DNA of 64,000 nt from the NCBI GenBank assembly GCA_965644295.1, contig CBFFRP010000295.1, positions 124,001 to 188,000 on the forward strand. The letters are read 5' to 3'. The notes beneath the pieces are model-generated. The model was not told the origin of the DNA. It searched no databases and saw only the letters and a program-made list of their open reading frames with translations. This DNA comes from Paraphysomonas bandaiensis. Its lineage: Eukaryota > Protista > Chrysophyceae. The position numbers and the translations under genes are program-made. Below, piece after piece: positions 54,122-64,000 of this stretch (the first letter of the stretch is position 1; every line of letters starts with the position of its first letter).

Positions 54122-54699
54122 ACGTATCACTGCTTCGAGGTACTGGTAGGTAGAGATACACATGCATTGACAAAAGTTCTACAGTGGGAAACCAAATCAA
54201 AGTGAAATAAAGATAAACAATGTGACCACAATGCCTACCGCGTATTACTATACATTGCGTATTTTTATGATGAGTACTTAATTGTGTTTTATTTTTTCTT
54301 CGGCAAGTTTTATGCTGAGGAGACGTATATATTCGTATAGTGTTGTTTTGTGACATTACACCTATTCGAATTATGTAAGTATAAATATATTATCATTATA
54401 TCTGTTGTGAAACAGCCCTGGATTAGTTGGTGAAAGTGTCAATGATGGTGAGATGTAAACAGCCAATCAGTACTAAATACCTCTACTCCATAGTTATCAT
54501 AATATATTTTGAAATACAGCGCTCTCTTACCCAGTGATGCAGTAATATGTAGAATAATTACAATCATTGGTAGACCTCAGAAAAAGTACCTGTAGGTACC
54601 TAATATCTAATATGGCCCACCGATGATATCCGATATTGACTTTTCAACCCTAAGAAGTAAGTAAAGGGACTCAGAAAATACACAGTACTAATGCCTAAT

Positions 54700-55180
54700 G
54701 CTAATACCCTTCATAAGAAGCCTTGCAAGAAGATCCTGATGTGCCAATGGAGAGCGAAAAGAATAATGATGTGTAGTTACGCTTTGTCGTCTGTTATTTA
54801 ACTAAATTAGCAATTAAGGGGGCACAACACAACCTATTATGAGCGGTAAATAAAATTATGATGATCATTTTTCCCCACTTGTCTCAGAAAAAATGTTTAT
54901 TGCCTGAGTTGGGTTCAACAGAATGCTCGTATTAGCACCGGGTAAATATAGACATTAAATTTAAATATTCGGTTCAAGATTCTATCTTAATCACGATATT
55001 GACAGTCATTCTTTGAAAGTGATTTGATTATAATATACTCAGTTTTAGGGAAACCACAAAGATGAAAGCGCTTTCAAAAGATTATCACACACTCCAAGTT
55101 GTATTCTATCCTTCTTTGATGTAGATGATAATAATGATGTCAGTGCAAGTGATTTGTTATCGTGATCAGGACTTCTTTTT
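54700..55180 (+). repeat. Diverged hAT 3' fragment followed by a repeat shared with 62190-62260 and 63010-63250
   Basis: GCAAGAAGATCCTGATGTG, AATTAAGGG..GCACAACAC, ACACTCCAAGTT and ATAATGATGTCAGTGCAAGT blocks recur. Confidence 0.7.
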
Positions 55181-55643
55181 TTGCTGAAGGTGATTTGAGT
55201 AGTGGCACCCAGACCTTCCAGCGATTATCAGGAAATAAGTTATAGCAATATTAGCTCTACTGAATAATATTTCAACCTTATTAGTTGTAGTATGCAAGTG
55301 CTTCATGCTGCGTATTGAGTTTGCTTGTTATCATCAATCAAACGCTGAACTGTATATTGACATTCTGTACTATTCCTTCACACTGTTATTATTATCATCT
55401 TCTTCCTCACATTATAAGCAAAAATATTTAAATTTGATATTTTTCTGTTACCACTCTCTTCTTGTATCTTCACGACTGCCTTTTCGAAAGTAGTGTTTTA
55501 TGAATAATAGCAGCATTGTCGCCCAGATGCTTCAATATATTATTTCATTAATGTTATTATCTGGAAATAAATAATAATAGTACCTCTCTGGCGTTATTTT
55601 TCGTGTCGTCGTTTTTTTGTAAAAATAAAGTAAAAAGAAGGTC

Positions 55644-56100
55644 GCCCCTCTTATCACCCACTCGAACCAGCAGTGATACGCAGTTCACGTACTTGGTGAT
55701 ACTTTACGCTCCATGTGAGCCGTACTTGTAGATAGTATAGCCAAGTAAATGTTGACGAAAATACACAAGTATCCAGGAATGGGCCCACCTCACGGGCATC
55801 CGGCGAGTTTGGGCTGCTTGCTGCAGCCGAGCATCCGTAGTATGAGTTCACCAGATGTCAGATATATCGAATTCTGCATGGTCACTGTGTTGGCTTATGA
55901 CTGATTGATAGCGAGGATGGTTGCACCTTGGCGCTTGCGGCAACGCCAAATAGTTCTCGTAGCGCTAAACTTAATGGGCAGCTGTAGGTTGCACCATCAT
56001 ATGGTGCTCGCAGCGATGCACAAGCAGTCCCGAGACGGTTGCCGGCCACTAGTAGTACATAGCAAGCCCAGCTTAGTCAGTCTATAGATATAATACTAGT
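55644..56100 (-). repeat. Diverged R1 copy in opposite orientation
   Basis: GGTTGCACCTTGGCGCTTGCGGC and GGAATGGGCCCACCTCACGGGCATCCGG are reverse complements of R1 blocks. Confidence 0.7.
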
Positions 56101-57648
56101 TTCTGTACCCAACCGTTCTCATGTAAAAATCAGACTTTCTTACAATATGGGCAGCTGTACGAGAAGTTGTGTAGATTTCAATACAGAGGGATTCGAAATC
56201 AACACCTGTTTGTCCTGTGAATGCTATGAAAAGTTTCTACGCTATTTAATTCTAAGTAACACTCATGAGCAATAAAATAATATAATATAATATACTTTGG
56301 TATTATTGCTTATATTCTAATTTATTTGCGAAGCTCCAGATTGATTCTGATTGACATCCATGAGCAATTCTATCTTGAAAAATTAATACAGGGGTGCTGC
56401 TCTATTCTAATTTATTTGTGAAGAGTTATAATATAATAAGATATGCCCCAATTATAAAAATACGTGATTCTTACCATAATAAATAATATTATATATTGTA
56501 ATATTATTGTATGGAAAAGTCAATTCCACTCAATTTTTAAAATAGCATATCTACACGGAATACCCAAATCAAAACGCAAATAAAATACAATAATGATATT
56601 ACCACGTTTACTATATATATTCATCAGCCATAATAATATTATTTCTAACTTTTTTGATACAATGTCATATATATATAATATTATGTATGTACAACTAAAT
56701 TATAATTCAAGTATTACGTCACGTTCGCTTCTTTACATTTCTTCACCATCCAAACATGTTTAAATTTGACACAGCTGATCAAAGTCTGACATACATCTTA
56801 TGAGTATAATTAACAATTGAAGGTACACATGCACTCAATGCTAACAATGTCATAATATTATTATCATCTCTACTACGACTCATTTCTCATACGATCTTTG
56901 GTCGTCACAAACTTGAATGGTCACTATATCCCGTTTTACTACTATATACTATACTTACCGTCATGATATTAATTTTTATAATACGGGTAACCACAACTGT
57001 ATACTTCTCATAACCGTTATAATTTAAATACGTTATAACTACAGCTTTTAATTGCTCTCAAATAGCAAAACTCAACAATCGCCTCTCTTTTTGTGGTGCT
57101 CATCTCTCTCATTGTCCTCTAATGGATCTTGATTGCTCTTTCCTCCTTTGTCAATACTAATACAGGTTACGAGAACTGGCATTGATATATATCATATATC
57201 ACAATATTTACTGTGGAGCGATCAAGCCTAAAGCATCATATTATCAGGGGTTTAATATGATGTTTAATGACTAAGGATATGCATCCCATGGCTCAAAATA
57301 ATTTTCACTTTCAGAAGTGCTACACTCACATCTACTACGCCAGCTACATTAATTTAAGATGAAAAAGGATCAATAATTGCTTCATAACTTATCAATATGC
57401 ATTGTTAAGATTAACAACTCATGCAAAACCCAAAACTCTGCACAAATATGTATATATGAATTTTTTCTTAACATCAATACTCACCACTGTCTTTGTAAAC
57501 CGACAGCTATGACTACTTTCCATACTATCGCAGCATTCACATTGGTTCATACACAACATCTGCGTAACAATAGACGTTTCTCCCTACAGCATATAGGTGT
57601 GTCCATATACATATCACTATTTTTATTTCAAGTATAACGGTGTCGGGC

Positions 57649-59026
<1,378 letters not shown>

Positions 59027-59870
59027 GCTGCAGACACGCGATACTCTGAGGTAATTTAGGCCTGCACTTGTTCTCGCAGCTGGGTACAATATATATGACG
59101 TATGTTCTAACGAACTGATGAATGATGTAACTATAATTTATATGGTACACATACATATATAAGTGACAAGGAAGCAGAGCTGGGAACAGATCAGATCGAA
59201 CCCTCTCGATAGTAACCACTAAAACTACAGCCGTTACCGATAGCACACACATATCCTCACATGCCTGCATATTGGTGCATACGTACGTATCTATCTGCAT
59301 ACTCCACACTCCAACAGAAATACATACATCTGTGTTCGTTATACAGTCCCAGATGAAACGACCCCACTGACTGTTCAAGATATATCACCCCTGACAGAGT
59401 GTACACAGCAACAGGTTTACGGTGTCGATTAGAAATTTCTGCCATTCTGATTCTTTCTTCTGGACGAAAATGTCAAAAAACAGAACAGGAAATGGTTTAA
59501 CTACCGGTTCTGTACATCCTCCTCCCAAATATGACATGAATTTACTTGATACTCTTTCCGTAGTGATGTGGGTATACTATACAACTACACGCAGGCCCTA
59601 AAATATGCTGGTCAGCATGCAAGTGATGTGAATACACACAATAAGATCACTTTAAGAATCATAGCAGCTCTTGCTCTATGGGTAATATATAGAGAGTGTG
59701 CATTAGATTTTGGCACTGCAACAAAATTTTGAAGAAGAGTTTCTATTACTCCTTATTGTTTCTACCTTTCAAGCCGCATCAAATAGACTAGAAGTAATAC
59801 ATATACGAATATTGTAATTAGCACTCGTTTGTCAGATAGGATGAGTAAATTGTGAACCGATTAATTTTTA

Positions 59871-61940
59871 ATGGGAAACGATCAGTCATCTACTTCGCGA
59901 CCATCGCGAGGGAATCCTTCGGGGTCGACCTCAAATCAATCTCGTGTTTCTGCAGCAGCTTCATCAGACTCCGGTACTCCGCCTCCTGGTGCATATAATA
60001 TTCCAGGACAACCCAGAAATCAAAGATTTTATGTCACTATTCCTAGGGGAGTGAGGCCAGGAATGCATTTTGCAGTTCTTGTAAATGGACAGCAAATGAT
60101 GGTTCGATGTCCCCCTGATCATGGTGAAAACGACAGACTGATTGTCACTGCTCCGCGTCAGCAGTCTCAACAATACGTTGTGACTGTCCCTTCAAATGTT
60201 CGTCCTGGCGAACAGTTTCGTGTGATGATAAACAACCAGGAGGTCATGGTCACTTGTCCCCCCGGCGTCCGACCGTCGCAACGAGTTACATTTCAGCTTC
60301 CTCAGCAGGAGAGAACTTCGCAGCCTGCACCTAACCACCAGATGTTTGAAGTAGCGGTCCCGGACGGTGTACGACCTGGTCAACCCTTCGCTCTTCTAGC
60401 TCACGGTCAGCGCGTAATGGTCACATGTCCACCCAACGTTCGTCCTGGTCAAAAGATACGGTTCCAGCTTCCGATGCAGTTGAGCCAACAACAGTTAGAG
60501 GCAATTCGCGTTGACTATGACAAGGATGGTTGGATGCGGTGCTTAGGACAGGATCTGAAGTTCCACTGGGTGTATAATACGTCTTCCACACATTCGACAT
60601 CAGAGAAACACCGTGTGCCCTTTGATGTGAATAGTACAGCTTATGTTCGAGAGCTAGTGATCCACCCTTCTTCAAAGGGTCCGGGGGAGCTCAATTTCAT
60701 AGAGGCAAGCAAGTATGCTATGGCAACTACTGTCCCTGGTACTGATGTAAATTATCAAGCTCTGAGCTCTGTCGCACAGCTTCCGTTCCAGCAAAAAAGC
60801 GAATGGCTTAAGAACCAATTCACTGCTATTCGTGTACCCTGGGAGGAAGGTCATATTAAGCTCAAAATCCGGCGGTCTTCCTTACTTCAGGACAGTATGG
60901 AGAGTGTAGAATCCATCCAGTCATCAAATATGCACAAGATACTCAGAGTTGAATTCATTGGTGAGCCTGGTCTTGATGCAGGTGGAGTCACTAGGGAGTG
61001 GTATAATCTCGTTGCTGACCAGCTCTTCAACCCTGACTGTGGACTTTTCTTATACTCCTCAGTAAACCAGATGTGCATGCAGGTAAACCCTAATTCTGGC
61101 ATCGCCAATGAATACCATCTTCGATACTTTCATTTTGCTGGTCGAGTACTGGGCAAGGCCCTCATGGATGGCCAGATAACGCCAGTACATCTGGTTCAGC
61201 CCCTGTATAAACACTTAATGGGGTTCCCTGTTACTCTAAGGGACCTAGAGCACATCGACGACGATGTGTACAGGAATCTCATGGAACTATTGGATCTAGA
61301 TGATGTCAGTATGCTTTACTTAGACTTTACTGTCACTGAGGACCAGCTGGGCATGACCCACACTGTTGCCTTAATTGAGGGGGGTGAGGATATACCGGTC
61401 ACAAATGATAACATAGTGCAATATCTGGAGGAGCAGCTTAAATATCGCCTGCTGGGACGAATCAGAGACCAGCTGCGTGAGTTCCTCAAAGGGTTTTATG
61501 ACGTGGTTCCCGAGCCGTTATTGGCTGTGTTTGATTTCCAGGAACTCGAGCTGTTGCTGCATGGTTTACCTAATATAAACATGGACGACTGGGTCACATA
61601 CACAGAGTACTCAGGGGAGTTCAACGGAAACCCGAACCACAAGGTGATTCAGTGGTTTTGGGAGATCGTGCGATCTTACTCCCAAGAAAACAAAGCCAAG
61701 CTGCTTCAATTTTCCACTGGGACATGTGGGGTTCCGGCACAGGGATTCGCATTTCTGCAAGGAAACGATGGAAACATACGAAAGTTCACGCTCCATGGTG
61801 ATAAAAATGTGAAAGTATTTCCCAGATCCCATACATGCTTCAATAGAATTGACATGCCATTATATTCGTCAAAATCTGAAATGCAGAAGTATTTGACCAT
61901 GGCAATAACTTATGAAAGCCAGGGTTTTGAAATAGAGTAG
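59871..61940 (+). CDS. HECT E3 ubiquitin ligase (Nedd4-like HECT) with three N-terminal repeats; intronless
   Basis: FIGEPGLDAGGVTREW, FHFAGRVLGKAL, LLQFSTGT and catalytic PRSHTCFNRID. Confidence 0.95.
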   Translation: MGNDQSSTSRPSRGNPSGSTSNQSRVSAAASSDSGTPPPGAYNIPGQPRNQRFYVTIPRGVRPGMHFAVLVNGQQMMVRCPPDHGENDRLIVTAPRQQSQQYVVTVPSNVRPGEQFRVMINNQEVMVTCPPGVRPSQRVTFQLPQQERTSQPAPNHQMFEVAVPDGVRPGQPFALLAHGQRVMVTCPPNVRPGQKIRFQLPMQLSQQQLEAIRVDYDKDGWMRCLGQDLKFHWVYNTSSTHSTSEKHRVPFDVNSTAYVRELVIHPSSKGPGELNFIEASKYAMATTVPGTDVNYQALSSVAQLPFQQKSEWLKNQFTAIRVPWEEGHIKLKIRRSSLLQDSMESVESIQSSNMHKILRVEFIGEPGLDAGGVTREWYNLVADQLFNPDCGLFLYSSVNQMCMQVNPNSGIANEYHLRYFHFAGRVLGKALMDGQITPVHLVQPLYKHLMGFPVTLRDLEHIDDDVYRNLMELLDLDDVSMLYLDFTVTEDQLGMTHTVALIEGGEDIPVTNDNIVQYLEEQLKYRLLGRIRDQLREFLKGFYDVVPEPLLAVFDFQELELLLHGLPNINMDDWVTYTEYSGEFNGNPNHKVIQWFWEIVRSYSQENKAKLLQFSTGTCGVPAQGFAFLQGNDGNIRKFTLHGDKNVKVFPRSHTCFNRIDMPLYSSKSEMQKYLTMAITYESQGFEIE

Positions 61941-62279
61941 CATTTGGAATAGTTTTTATGCCTTTCCTTGTAGAGTTGCGAATCACTTTAGACTAGTTCT
62001 AATGCTTATCTCTGTTTAATTACTTGTGGCATTTGGATTCTGCCATTTGGCTGGTGAGTTCAGTTAGCTGATACCATCAATATATTTGTGCGTTTCTGGT
62101 AGTGTAGTCTATTCTTATAATAGTATATTGCGGGCGTAATAATAATTTTAATATGTTGTCTCTGTAATATATTTCAAGTAAAATTTTAATATCCCCATTT
62201 TGTCTCAAAAAATGTTTTTTGACCCGGATAGGGTTAAACAGAACGCTCATATTAAGTCGGGAATGCCAAAACCTGGTGA

Positions 62280-62937
62280 AATATATGATGATGGTCGCTA
62301 AAGTCAGTGGCTAAAATTCAAGGAAACGATGAAGGAGAGTTGGCAGGCACTGAGAGAAGAGCAGTTAGACATTTGCAACTGCATTCATCCATGGAGTTTG
62401 GTGCACCCGACAGAAATAACGAGGACGAGAGTGAAGGAACTGACTTTGCACAGCGTGTTCTGGACAGCGCCGAAGTCACCAAGAGAGCTCGACTTGGTAC
62501 CTATGAGTCCAACTACCGCTGCTTGCTTCATATTGAAGCACAATCTAATGTTATTATTGTGAGGCTCTTTAGTCGTGCCAAGTTGATTATGACACCTGAG
62601 CGCAGAAACATTAATCCATATATATCGTCTAGAATCGTTGCTATTCCTACGAGCCAATTACATGTTGTGGGATGTTTATACCCTCCATGAAGCCCTGCAA
62701 GAAGATCCTGATGTGTCAGTAGAGAGCTCAGCGAGAAGTAGTTAAAATTTGCAGTCTACTATTTAATTAAAAATTAGTAATTAAGGGAGCACAACACTAT
62801 CTATCTATTATATGAGTGGTGCTATCTACTTTAAGTTAGTAGGTATTAATGGCCATTAATGACCATTATAATTGCTGGGACATTTTTCATTAATGCCATT
62901 ATAATTACCGGGAAATGGACTACCATTAATGGGCCAT
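62280..62937 (+). pseudogene. hAT transposase C-terminal remnant with subterminal repeats
   Basis: DFAQRVL..YRCLLHIEAQSNV..RLFSRAKLIMTPERRNINP; CCATTA(A)TG repeats; terminal TIR missing. Confidence 0.75.
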
Positions 62938-63778
62938 TTTAACAGTCGTAAGCATAAAGCTACTTGTTGCACGACACCCCACAACTACGTCGACGTTTTT
63001 CAAGACCTTCAATATTCTGTTCGGACGAAACCTATCTTCTAACTTAATTATGATATTAATTTGACAGTCCTTATTTGTACGTGATTTATTTTATTTTTTA
63101 TTACGCAAATAAAGGGAAATCACAATGAAGACTAATAACCTCTAAAAATCAGATCACCAAACACTCCAAGTTATATTTTCTATTATTATCCATTTCTGAC
63201 CTATAGAAGATCATAATGATGTCAGTGCAAGTAATCTATTTTAATAATCAGGCCTTAGAAATAGTGCTTAAAGTGTAATATTACAGAATATTGCTACATC
63301 TGATACTGCTATTAAGATTCATTGATTCACTTATATCTCTTAACGCGTGAATACAACACGATAATACTTTATACAATGAAATAATATTATTTGACTCAGT
63401 AATTACCAGATTATATTATAATATCACAAGATACGAGACTGTACTAGATACGCTGATGAGCTCTATTTAACAATATCTTGCTATTTTACTATTAGGCTTA
63501 ATGGCAGAGGTTAAGAGTGATGTAAAAAATGTGATGGTGATGCCGCCGGTAACATCTATACATACGTCATCACCATTATTTATGCACGAGTTTCAACACC
63601 TCACAATTGCTATTCCCTCAGTAGAAATATATATTTGTTGAAGCTGTTATAGAATTCGGGTGCCAAGTGCTTAGAGTTAATCTACTAGTGAAATTGCTAT
63701 TCCCTAAAATCAGCATACAGCAGTATACGTGTATACATCATTGATATTAAACTATATGTGTTTTCACTTGTTTCTTAC

Positions 63779-64000
63779 ATATTGAAAGTGTTATTATTAG
63801 CAATAGGCGTTAAAGCCCTGCACCAACTTAGTAGCTAGATGAATGCTAGACAAACTATTTAGACCTCGACCTGTAACTAATCAGTACACACTTTTTTTAT
63901 CCTACTACTGAACGCAACGGAAGCTGCTTGTGCGTCGCCGCAAGCACCAAGGTGCGACCACTTCCGCTCTGAGTTCTTAAGGTGAACATCCCGGATGCTT
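63779..64000 (+). repeat. R1 copy truncated by the window end
   Basis: TATTGAAAGTGTTATTATTAGCAATAGGCGTTAAA.. matches the copy at 21046. Confidence 0.85.

Overview
This is intron-rich eukaryotic nuclear DNA, with short canonical GT-AG introns and the standard code. TE types and gene families point to a flagellated stramenopile (inference). Twelve of the 13 resident host genes form six head-to-head pairs: RRM/GBP2-like, acidic protein/Sec14, coiled-coil/CEP131-like, MFS/ABCG, SOD1/histidine phosphatase and CaMK/HECT E3. An LMW-PTP gene lies near the start. Almost all mobile DNA sits between converging 3' ends. Three shared promoters contain a (TATG)n array: 0.25 kb, 6.1 kb, and one array split by a CryptonS-like tyrosine-recombinase element. 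The other three carry degenerate GTAT/ATAC motifs. A 9.5-kb element (10043-19523) has ~115-bp TIRs, unusual (AC)n...(GT)n ends, a 5-bp TSD and virus-like compact ORFs. It hosts a very young Copia element with identical LTRs and non-canonical TA...TT ends. A hAT-type element appears to carry an intact intron-containing gene for a putative DNA-binding protein. All calls were made by eye; no searches were run.
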